A stretch of 64,000 nt of DNA from Takakia lepidozioides (Eukaryota > Plantae > Bryophyta): assembly GCA_030704615.1 (NCBI GenBank), contig CM060733.1, positions 8,928,001 to 8,992,000 of the forward strand, written 5' to 3'. The notes under the pieces are model-generated. The model searched no databases. It saw only the letters and a program-made list of their open reading frames with translations, and was not told the origin of the DNA. Below are positions 48,652 to 60,491 of this stretch, in pieces. Position 1 is the stretch's first letter. The number at the start of each line of letters is the position of its first letter. The position numbers and the translations under genes are program-made.

Positions 48652-50519
48652 TTGATCGAAGTTGGCACCAGGATACACCACAACAACTCTCTTGCATAGG
48701 CAAAAATGATCTTGTGCTATCCCCGCAATAGCTTGTTCCCAGGAAAAATCATCTGAATGAAGCTCATCATTCCATTATGGCCTTATGTTAGTGAGAGCCG
48801 CGGCTATGCCCCCCTTAACAAATTCCCACAATCGAAATCCGCTCGGAGTAGGTGAGTATAGAAAGCTCTCCAAGATGCGAGTGCGATTTGCATCACCTTG
48901 AATTTAGGTACGCCAAGTTCAGACCAAGAAAGCAAGTCACATGTCTTTATCCTATGTTGCGCTGCCTTTAGTGGAAGACGTTTGATAATAACTGAAGTGT
49001 AAAGCTTTTGCAACAAACGACCAAAATACACCCCTTGTTTGGACGCGGTGTCCCCTTCCTCTTTGCATGAAGACGGGTCACTTGAGCTGGATGCCATCAG
49101 TACTTCATAAAACAGTTAGATTGAGCTTGTACTTACAATCTGCTACAATGATCAAAAGAGACAATCATGTATTGCACTGAGCGCCGCCATGGCCGGCAGC
49201 TTGCTTTGTACCTTTCCCGACCTAACTTAACTCATCCCAACTAAATTGCAAGGCGTGCCTTCCATCTCCACCATATTTCTCTACCCAGGTACGTGCCTTT
49301 TCCTCTCACGGTTCTGATTCACAAGAGGGTTTGCGGCTTGTAAAGAGTGTCTGAGCAATAGTGGGGGATCTATCACTGAGCATAATAGTGCAAGCACCAA
49401 TCATCAAACATATACAAAATCACAACCTCACATCCAACACCCTATGCACATCCAAGTTCACCAAATTAATACATGAAAAACGGCCGTGAGAGCGCAAACA
49501 ACCATAGATTAAATAGGTAGTACTAATCTAATCACAACCTCCAGGTGGCAAGGCTTCATTGGCTATCCAGATTACAACCCTCTCCATCAGGCATCAGCTT
49601 CGAGCTGTGTGATCATACTTTTTATATAGGACAAGGTAGCAATTACCAAATTTAGGATAGCACTAAATCAGCCAACCACGCCATAGCTTTTTATCCAAGT
49701 GACGAACACAGAGCATCTGTGCCAGGTGGAATCCCTCATCCTACATGGCGAAATTGTTCTGGCATCCCAACGATTATGGAATACCAAAAGAGCCATACTG
49801 GTTTCGAATCTGCAAACTCTTTTGTATTGAGACATGGTTGGTGTGCTTGTCTTAGGGTCGAACCCTAGGACATACGTATTTTATATATGGTACATAATAT
49901 AGTATCTACCAGTACGGAATAGCAAAAAGGCCGAGCATGCAAGGCTGCCTGGACCTCAGGAAAGATTCCCATGTCATGAGGTAGATTCCTAGAATATTCC
50001 TTATGCTGGGCAAAGATTCTGTCCTGTGCCTAGGGATCTTTCTAGCCTAGGATAGGCTCCAAAAAGATGCCCAAGGACTTACGTGGCGTGACGACAATGA
50101 CATGTCTACGATGATGTGGCACTTTGTACAGTGGAAAGTTCTTGCCGGTGGGCCACTTGTGCCTCCAGGGCTATTTTCTCGATATATATGGTTTATATAT
50201 CAAGCAAGTCCACAACAGTTTATTGACAACATCTTGACTATCTAATTATTTATAGAGCTACCATAGGGATCTCAAAATTGATGAACATATTCAAAACTAA
50301 CTACAGGGAATGCAGGAAGACGAATTGAACCCCCAACAACGAGGTTACACTTCAAGTTTCTAAAGTAAGTCCACGACAATTTATGAAAGTTAACAGACTA
50401 TCAAATTACTTATGGCAGTTATGTATTGCAGTCTTTGGTTTGTTCATAAAGCCATAGTCCTAAGTTGATAGGGAAAACTAAATGACCCTGCAACTACTGA
50501 GCAAAATGTGTCATTAAAA

Positions 50520-50645
50520 CCCCTTAACCTTGCTAAGCCAATTGTCCCAGACCCTAGGCCACTTGTTCCAACAACACTAAGCCAAATGTCCCAGACCCTA
50601 GGCTAAATGTCCTCCAACAACCCTAAGCCAAATGACCCTAGGCAC
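50520..50645. repeat. Short degenerate tandem repeat (CTAAGCCAAATGTCCCAGACCCTAGGC-like)
   Basis: Three imperfect copies are visible. Confidence 0.7.
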
Positions 50646-50970
50646 ATGTGGTGGAGATACATGTATTTTGTATAATTATACATACTTTTGGAGATGTATG
50701 TACGTATGTTGGCTTAGTGTTAGATGCTAAGCCCATACATTGCATCCCATGATATAAAGCATTTTGGCTTGGGGATAAAAGAATCTTTTTCTAGTGCTAT
50801 GTTAGAATATTCTCTGGTTTTGGATTTTTGATCTTGGCATCTGGCTTTTGGAATCTTTCCCTAGGATGGGAATCTTTTCCAGTATAGCTCTTTTGGTATT
50901 CCGTAAACGATCCCATGGATACCTGCCACGATCCCTGCATATGCCTATGGAATACCAAAAAAGCCATGCC

Positions 50971-51666
50971 TAGGGAATTCCAAAAAGGCCTTGATGTGAA
51001 ATGCATTGCAATTCACTTGATCACCCCCCTAAAAGTGCGCAATTGAATTGAATTGTCGGCACACGATTCAATTGAATTGCTAGTTGACAATTCAATTGAA
51101 TTGTAATTTATAATTTATAACTTATTTCTATATAAAATATAAAATGTATATGTATATGTATATATTCAAATTATACTTATACACATATAAGAGTATAAGC
51201 TAAAAATACATGTTGCCCGTCTATTCTTGCTGGCCCTCTTTCTTGTGCCCTCGAGGAAATTGTGGAGTTGTGAAGCCACCCTCAGCGAGAAAGGGAGAGC
51301 CAGAGACGGAGAGAGATCAGCAGCTTCATGTGATTCACTGGCAAAATAAACATGGCTGGCTTCGAAAGAAACAGACAAATCAAACCTGACAATTGATGAA
51401 AGGCTTCCCTTGCATCAAAACACTGGTATCTGGTATCTGGCCCAGGACAAGGAAAACAAAAAATATGTTCATCTTGAGAATTATCAAAAATAATATTGTT
51501 TCGATACCCTTACAAAGGTATCGTGTTGAAGTTGGGATGTGTGTTCCATATAAGTTTAATATATCAAACTCTTACACGTTGATACTCTTACATTGGTATC
51601 ATGTTTGGTATATGTACATAGCCATATATTGGCACCCACATCCACAAAGAGAGACAATCCTGCTTT

Positions 51667-51764
<98 letters not shown>

Positions 51765-52168
51765 CTCAAGCCTTACCACGGGCAAAGGATTGACAGACAG
51801 ACGGCAAGAATAGACGGTCAACATGTATTTTTAGCTTATACTTTTGTATGCGTATATGTATAATTTAAATATGTACATATATATAATATATACAGAAATA
51901 AGTTAAAAATTATAAATTACAATTCAATTGAAGTGTAGTCAGCAATTCAATTGATTTGCCAATTCACAATTCAATTGAAATGTCAACTAGCAATTCAATT
52001 GAATCGCGTGCTGATGGTTCAATTGAATTGCAAATTAGGGTTGTTTTCAAGCTAGTTTTAGCAGTTCAACTGGATTGCCCTTGCAATTCAATTGAATTGC
52101 GCACTTTTAGGGGGGTGATCAAGTGAATTGCAATGCATTTCACATCAAGGCCTTTTTGGAATTCCCTA
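50971..52168. mobile_element. Non-autonomous foldback/MITE-like DNA transposon with long terminal inverted repeats
   Basis: TAGGGAATTCCAAAAAGGCCTTGATGTGAAATGC... has an exact reverse complement ending at 52168. The imperfect IR extends to ~51230 and ~51805, with AATTGAATT subrepeats. The TSD is ambiguous (possibly TA). Confidence 0.85.
51669..51762. repeat. (CT)n microsatellite inside the foldback element
   Basis: Uninterrupted CT dinucleotide run of ~94 bp. Confidence 0.97.
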
Positions 52169-53239
52169 TATGCCTCCAAGGGCCAACATTGCACTACTGG
52201 ACAGAAACGACATTGGGCCCTCCATGGCCTGTGTGTCGAGCAGTAGGCTCTGTAAATTCACTAGACGTTAATTAAAGTAACTTTATCTTTAACTATAGGA
52301 CAGAAACGACAACCTCCATGTGCTAAATTTCACCTGCTTACAGATATCGGTGGCCGACAGGTTCATGGGAATTTTGGCGCCAGATGGTCAGCCGCCAGAG
52401 GTCATGGCTGACCATCGTTGACCTCCATACTGGGTTTCCAATGCATTGTACCTAGGGGGAAGGTCACCTTTCTCCTTTGCATCAGTGGACCCGGCCACTC
52501 TCCCCACTCACTACCCGTCACGCTCTACTCCTCGCACTCAAAATGTTTTTCTTAAACAGTACTCAAATTCAAGAGAGGAGGGAATTTTTATATTAGCCAT
52601 AGAGCACACAAGGAAGACATCACCTCTAATGATGAACTGTGAACCCGGAACTACAATAAATATCAAAAGCATCCGCCGGGACCCACCACTCCTGGAACCT
52701 CCTCACATAAAAGTGAGGTGCCCCACCACTGCTCCACCAACATCGGCCCAGCCGGCCGGGACATTGAAGTTGGCCCTCACTGTTTCTACAGATTCCACAT
52801 ATATATAGAGGCGTAGACATACTTACCGGGCAAGGAGTTGACGCGGGCCGTGGTTAGTGAGACTGTAATTAATACGAGATTAGCGTGAGCTTAGTGCAAC
52901 CCTGCGACGAGGAGGTGGTTATTAGTGAGAATTAAGTTGACGTAGTCCTGTTCAAAGGTCAGCCGCCGCACGAGGTTGATGGCCAGCCTTTGCCGACGAT
53001 GTTGCAGCTTGACTTTGTGTGCAGCCATGTAGGCTTTAAGAATAGATAAGAGCATCCAGCGCCTCCAGACTCTCTTCACAAGTCTCTTGGGACACTTCTG
53101 CTTCAGACAATTCAGCAGCAAGTGCAAAGAGAGAGTGACACTGGTTCTGCACAGGCTGCAACAAATTATATCGTGCTAGATATCGCTGTGCAGATTGCGG
53201 CAGGAGGAGTGTTTGGAAAATAAATTTCGTGGGTGGAGC

Positions 53240-56200
53240 ATGGAGTTATCGAGCCGTGCTGTGGTGGCTGCAGTGGTTCTCGGTGCTGCAGGGGTGCTGA
53301 TTTCGCTGTGGAGGTGGGCGACCTCATATAAACGCATTGCGGGGTCGTATTACAAGACTCTGCCCCCTGGCGGATATGGCCTGCCAATTATGGGCGAGAT
53401 GATCGAGTTCATGTTCACGCAAAAGTACAATGAGGGCCAATTCATCGAGTCACGCAAGAAAAGGCAAGTCTTGGCCGCAGAATCCACAATGGTCACATGA
53501 TAGCTTTGCAAGGAGTACCCTTTTGAGGGCTCTTGAATTACCATGCCCAGGAGAATAGCTGGTTTCTTTTATCTCTATTGGGTTGGTAAGGCCGAAGGGC
53601 CAGGAAGGCCATAGGTGGGCAGGGTGCTGGAAAATCCATAGACCTTCTGGGTGCCGGGCTGCAAACATGTGCATGCAATGTGGTCCGACACAGAGGACCT
53701 TCGTATGTCTGAAATGTTCTATTCGTATCAAGAATTGACATGATCCATGTGGCTTCTAATTCCTTCCCGCCGAGACAACTCCGCAATCCGGATCATGTAA
53801 TTTCTGGTTCATTCGAGCTACCAACTAGAGACATTCTGGGCTCATTCTGGGCTGACAAGGATAAGTTAGTCAGTGGTTACGTGTAGAGCCTCTGGACAGC
53901 ATTCTGTACAAATGCGATTCGGAAGAAAAAGAGAATGTAGGTGTAAAGTTCTAACAAGCTCAAATTCCTGCAGGTTTGGAAATGTGTTCCTGACGCATTT
54001 GTTTGGAGAACCAACCATCATTGCCTCCGGTCCTGAAGACACCAAGTTAGTCTTACAGGCAGAAGGCAAGACCTTTAAACCCAGCTATCCCTTAGAATTG
54101 ACAGGGAGGACCAGTGCTCCCAGCATCCACGGCGAGACGTGGAAGCAGTGGCGACGATTTGCTCTCTCCAAAGTGGGCTTCGTTGCTTTGAAGGACCGAA
54201 TCAACGCAGTTGAGGAGTTTGCTCTCAATACCTTGAGCACTTGGGAGGGCCGCCGTGTGCTCGTTGGTGACGAAGCTAGAAGTGTAAGTAGACAGTTTCC
54301 CGGTCATTCCGTATGAGAACAAGGTCCAAAATGCTGTGTATAGACACTTCATAGCCCAGGCCTGAGACCTGGGAAAGCGGGGGGAGGAAAACGGCCCGGG
54401 CATATGTACAATTGAAGTTGAGGCACAGAGATGGCACATGAATGCTTTGTAGGGAGATCCTGGGTATTCGAAGCTACGATTAAGTTGACGTGGATTGTGT
54501 TGCAGTTCACATTTGAGATCGTGGCCAATGCTCTCTTCAGCAATCTCAAACCAGGAAAGGTTCTTGAAGCATTGAAGCATGAGATGTACACATACACAGA
54601 TGGCTTGTATACCGCACCCATCAAACTGTATGGCTCCAAATTCAGCAAAGCAAAAGAGGTGAGACACAACTCGTCCAAGTTGTTTACAGGGCTTGACTGG
54701 ATGGAGAAACTTAAATTATTGTTGGAGGAGTCCTTTTCAGCCATGGCAATGTACCGGACTCGGTCTGGTTCTATAACAAAGATGTTCCCAATCAGCGTTT
54801 CTCCATGCCAACGAAGACAGCTTTGTTTGGTCATGTAAGACATGGTTTTCTAATGGGGCTCCTTGCAAGTGGGATCTCAACCTACACAAGATGAATTTGT
54901 GGATGGGGCATCTTCATGAGAATCTGTTGACTGATGTATTTTCAATGTTGTATGTGCAGTCAAGACAAAAGGCATTCGTCATCATCCAGAACGATATCCT
55001 CCCCTACTGCACTGAAAACGATGTCAATCAGTACAAGGAGTTTCAGGAAGTCAAGAAACAGGAGAACCCCAATTTGACTGATGCAGACTTGAAGGAGATG
55101 GCAGAGGACTATTGTCACAGCATGCTTTTTGCAGGACATGAGTCTGCAACCACCACTCTGACATTCGCAGTCAAGTTCCTGTCAGAGAACCCTGATATCA
55201 AGCGTCTAGTTAAGGTGAGCACTGCTAAAATTGAAGACACAGGAGCACTAAGATGAGAACAATGAAAGTGTGGTGACGCATGTGGTGACATTATGTTTCA
55301 CAAAGATCATTTCTGTGTAGATTAAGTGGGGATTGGGCACAGCACAAGGGATTGGTATTAGAGAGAGGTGAGACTTGATAGAGTGTCAAATGTAACGAGA
55401 AGGGAGAGAGACATATAGATCTTAAACTTTCTCAAAGGTGTGAGCATTGGCACAAGTATGTTTTCCAGGCTGAACATGATGCCATCCGCAAGAACAAAGG
55501 GAAGAACGAGAAGCTGACCTGGGACGAATACAAGAGCATGACCTTCACCCAGCATGTAAGTAACGTGGAGCTTCTTTCATGTCACAGGATCCATCCCCCT
55601 GGGTCCCAGTAGTGTTAGCTGGTGCCTGGCTCTCCTTAGGTCCTCACAGTTCCTCTCACCATGATGTGACATTGAGGCAACCTCACTTTATTGAGTCAAG
55701 ATTGACGAGGGTGCTGCACTGTGGGATAAGTTGGTGCCAAAGTGCTCTCAGATCAATATTTCATGGACAAGGACACTTCTATTTCTGCTTCTCTCAGAAT
55801 AGCTGCCATGTGTCTCATGTAGCTTTGCACAGTGTTACATCTCCGTTTGCTGGATGCATACATAAGGCCTGCTCATGATTATGGAGCATGTAGGTAGGTC
55901 CTTGATGAAGAATCAATTGGTCAAAAAGAGGACCTACTTGCAGATAGCTGAACTTTGAATGGTTGGTTTGGTTATGCAGGTTATAACGGAGTCAATCAGA
56001 ATGAGCACACCCTTGAACCTTCTTATGCGTGAAGCTACAGAAGATGTGAAAATAAATGGTGAGTTTTTTCTAGTAAAATACGGTGTTGCATGGCATTAAT
56101 AGGGTCCTCCTATAATATGAACCTCATGGTGCTCATAGGGCTACAGACACTGCATAATTTTGGGCTACATGATTTTTATTTGATAAAGGTGGGTGCTGTA

Positions 56201-57167
56201 TTAGAAGACAAGAACAGGCATCGGTCATGCCAAGACCAGCCATGAAGCCTACAGGATATAATAATTTGGGGTGTAACACGCACTCTTGCCGTGGGGTGGC
56301 AATGTACAGGCTACATAATCCCAAAGGGCTGGAAAGTCTTCCCATCCATGATGTCTGTGCATTATGATCCCTCTGCATTCCGGGAGCCCCACAAGTTTAA
56401 CCCCTACCGCTACACAGTAAGAACCTTCTCTCTCTCTTTCTCCCACTCTCTCTGTAACTCGTTATTATCTCAAACTAAGAGAGTCCATTATGTAGCACTT
56501 AACTAAAGGTGCAACAGATTTTCAGGTGCAGTTTGGATAGATTATTGAGATCTGCAGGTCTTCATCTCCTTTACTCTACCACCTGTGGTATTACGCATTT
56601 GTTTTGGGTCCTGTCTTCAGGATTTGAACTGTTCTAGTTTGAAAGAAAGTCCCTGAGAATCTCACATAGAATGCTACATGCACTTTCTTCTGGCACTGAG
56701 ATTCAAAGTTTGATGGTTCTTAAACAGGGACCAGATGCTGGCAAGATTCCATTCATGGGATTCGGAAATGGACCTCGGATCTGCCCAGGTGCTGACCTTG
56801 CTAGGCTGGAGGTTACAGTCTTTCTTCATCATCTTATCACCAAATTCAGGTATGGCTTTCATACCGATGTACAGAGTTTGCTTGCTGACAATGGCAGTTT
56901 CATTCCACTTCAGATGGTCATAAGAAGGAAAAATTAATTGATAGCACTCACAGAGAGATACAAATGCCAAGGCATCCAGAGCGAATGTGTATTGCAAACT
57001 TGGTTGTCCATTTGCACACGTAGGTCTGGCAGAAGCTATAATGTTGTTTGGGTGGGGGGCATGTGTGCAGCTGGAAGGTATTCGGAGACCACACACCCGT
57101 GTATCTTCCAATGCCCCACATCAAGGATGGGCTCCCCATTGAAGTCAAATCTCTGAAGGCCCAATAA
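53240..57167 (+). CDS. Cytochrome P450, CYP85 clan. Exons: 53240-53463, 53974-54283, 54506-54658, 54960-55214, 55469-55555, 55980-56058, 56310-56416, 56728-56849, 57071-57167
   Basis: N-terminal membrane anchor, LPPGGYGLPIMGE, I-helix MLFAGHES, ExxR (ESIR), GYIIPKGWKV, KFNPYRY and heme motif FGNGPRICPG. The 9-exon layout is typical of the CYP85 clan, and no frameshift was seen. Confidence 0.92.
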
Positions 57168-60100
57168 GCCTGCATTTTTGATAGTCAAATGTGACATAAG
57201 GGTTACCTTGGGAGGACCTTCAATCTGGCAAGTGTTCTAGGATTTACAAGATGAGAAAGGATATTATGCAGGATATTACACACTGTCCTTCCATTACAAG
57301 CAGTACATGTAAATAGAAAGGGGAACGGGAACGACTTCCCACACATGCACGCCTAGAGAGGAAGCAGGAATAAATTCCCACCACTTGCATACCCAGAGAC
57401 ATACATCACTGTAGGTGTGCACCTTTATGAGAGCTTGAGAGGTAGATTGAAGCATCATAGCTTATCTGCTCTATTCTATATTGTCCGATAGAGTCACCAA
57501 CCCTCTTCTGGACCCTAAACATGTTCCACTCCTTCGTGAATTTTCTAAAAGAAGATTTTGGATCGTGATTTATGTTGGTCGATGATACTAATTTGCACGT
57601 GTGTGATGAGGGCAGTTGAATGTCAGAATCTACTACCTCACAAATACTCTTTAGTTGTTTCGCTTTTGGATCTCAGGAAGACCATGTTGATGTTGCAGTC
57701 TAAGAGAGATAGAGAAAGATTGGCATGAGGGCCGCTCAAATGTGCAACCCCCAGGACTTGGAACTCTCGTCCCTTAAAAATTCTCCTAAACTTTTTGCTC
57801 TTTGAATCTCAGGAAGACCATGAGGATGTTGCTGTCTGAGAAAGAAGAAGGAATCTTCACCATAGACTCATGGGGCGGTAGAAATAAACAAAGAAAAGAG
57901 ACATCGTCAGACCTAAAGTCAGGCAGGCTGAATTGTTCCATACCTCTAGTGCCTTCCACGATCTGGAATCTCAGGAGGAACATGCCGATGATGCAGCTTG
58001 ACGGAGAAAGAGACTGTAAGGCTTGAGATCAGGCATCCAGCCTTCAGAACTGGGATATTCAGTGTTGAGTGTGCCCTCCATGGCGCAGCTTCAACCCTAC
58101 ATCTGCCAAGGACCACGTAAACCAACATTTGGGTATTGGAATAAAACACCATCAAGTAATAGGTGCAAGCTCTACGTTATGAGGGCCCCAGTGTAGCATT
58201 CAGTGTGACCACAGTGAGAAATAATTATCCCATATCGTTTGCTCCACTTGGCGGCCGAATGGGGTATATAAAGGTGTCAAGAAGACGTGTCCAGATATCT
58301 TTGCGCTTGGGGCAATGACGCAGTTAGTGAGGTGAAACCGAGACGCGTCAATTGCTGGTTGAAAACTATTTCCAAACCCCCTCCGGGGCCCTAAACGGCT
58401 CCTGAGAATTTCTGGAAGGTCCGCCCTAGGCTCGGACCCACAATCAAACCAAATTGGACGTCCACTACCACCATCAATGGAAGATATTTTATTGATGTAT
58501 GTCACAATTGGTGAAAACAAGTAAGAAAAGTAAATTTTAAGTTGAAATCATTTTAAAGATGATAATTTGAAAAAGGAAGGGGTGCCAACCTAAAGATTTA
58601 TTTGGGATAATTATGAAGCTGAAGTGAATGTCTATAAAATGTCTTTCAATCTTTCAACTATCTTTTTCTTTTTCTTGTAACACTTAAACGACGAGGGCTG
58701 TTTTTGCACTTTTGCTCAAAACCTGGGCAGACCATGATAAACTTACAGTAGCCTAGCCAGGGGCATCCACAAGGATGAAATGGACCGGCAGTCAAATTCC
58801 ACCGTTCCAATTGGGATATTATAACACAATAAAATGAAAAAATTTGTTTTTTTTTTCATTTGTTGAAAATGTGAAAAATCCATGTAAAAATTCAGTTGAA
58901 GTAAAAGGGGGTCAGACGAAGACTAATTAATTGAGAACCCCCATTTGTTATGTTATAATTATATTGTATATTATCTAAAATAGTAAAGTAAAATGAAAAT
59001 ATTAAATTTTATTATTTTATATGCAATGGAGATGTATGTAAATTTTCCGGCCATTTCCAAGTCAGGCAAATACTTGCGGGACTAGGCAACTTCTCCAGCC
59101 ATAAGATTCCAGGCCATGTCACTGGGTCCCTCAATTTCTTAGGGCCACCTCATTAGACCTGCCCCATTACCCTCTCTATATTTTGCCAAGGCCTCTCATC
59201 CGCTGGGGCGTGGTTCATCACCCCTAAATGTCCCCTAACGCATATGGCAGCGGGCTGCATGCCGAGGAAGAGAACGTACACGTAATTATACTTCGAGTCC
59301 TTCGAGTCCTTCAGCTTGGATACCTGCAGGATTGACACTCACCCCATCAGTGAAGCATCGCCACATCTAACATACAGTCCATGGATGTATCTAGGGAAAC
59401 TATGCATTCAGGAGAAATATTGAGCACTAGTTTCCAGCATCCGGGTCATCAAGGTCAGGCATCACGGGAATCGTTGAAAAATTCCATATCTCTACAAGTT
59501 ATCTTAATCTGCTTTCGTTCAGTACATAAGAGGAGCCCGTGTAAGTACCCGGACAACGATGCCTTCGTCGTGTTTGTGACTGTGTGTGGGATAGGGTTGC
59601 AAGCAGTTCTTAGTTATGGCCATAGATCTTCACCTCACTGTGCAATGCGATATAGATGTGCAACAGTAGGAAAATACAGTGGCAACTCTAATAAAACTTG
59701 GAGAATATAGACTCTCTGCCCAACCGTAGAGCCATCACGCCCTCTTGCCCTAAACATACAAAGGAAATCTTGGAGCAAGGCCTTTAGGTCCTTGGTAGCT
59801 AGGTTAAAAACAATCTCAAAATCCGCTTGCTTTAATAAATTTGTAGTCTGAGAGAAGGTTAAAAATTAAAAGTAAGTCCATTTTGAGTTCTCTTTCAACG
59901 ATATTTATATACAGTCTATATAAAGTTGAAATGATCCTAGAATGGACTTATTTTTTCTACTTTAATTCAAAGCTTCGCCAAACATAGAATGACTCTTCCA
60001 CTCTCCATGGTTCCTAAGGCAGAAAGGGATTTGATGCTTGGCACTGCTATTAAGTTTCGAAATAGATCAAAAATCCATGAATGGAATCCATGGATGAATA

Positions 60101-60313
60101 GTCTTTATGCATACGTGAGTATATCTACCGGCCATCAGCCATCGCACGCCGAAATCTCTCCCCAAGGAGGACAATGACTTGTATTTCCTCTATAACTTTA
60201 GTTGAGTCTCCTGGGGAACATAGTAAAGAGGGTTGGAAAAGAAGAAGTGAAAAGAACTCAAGAAGCCTTCTTGCCAAAGGTTTCACTTCGGGTATATATG
60301 TGGATCTGTTGGA

Positions 60314-60491
60314 CAACCAAGTTGTAGCCCAAAGGTAATGGGGACATACCATGTCGGAAGTGGTTGTGGGTTCAATCCATCGTTTGGTGTCACAAAGGTG
60401 TCCACCTTCATGCTGGAGGGCAGTAGTCCTTGGGGGTCAAGAGACACCATAATTTACGCTTCATTTGGGAGGTGTCATATATTGTTATTAT
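60314..60491 (+). mobile_element. tRNA-derived SINE with TSD TGGATCTGTTGGA and a TAT/ATT tail
   Basis: Direct repeat at 60301-60313 and 60492-60504, B-box GGTTCAATCC, and body homologous to the reverse complement of 10940-11105. Confidence 0.85.

Noticed and set aside
51393-51863. 156-aa ORF with an LSLSLS run
   Set aside because: Translation of the (CT)n microsatellite.
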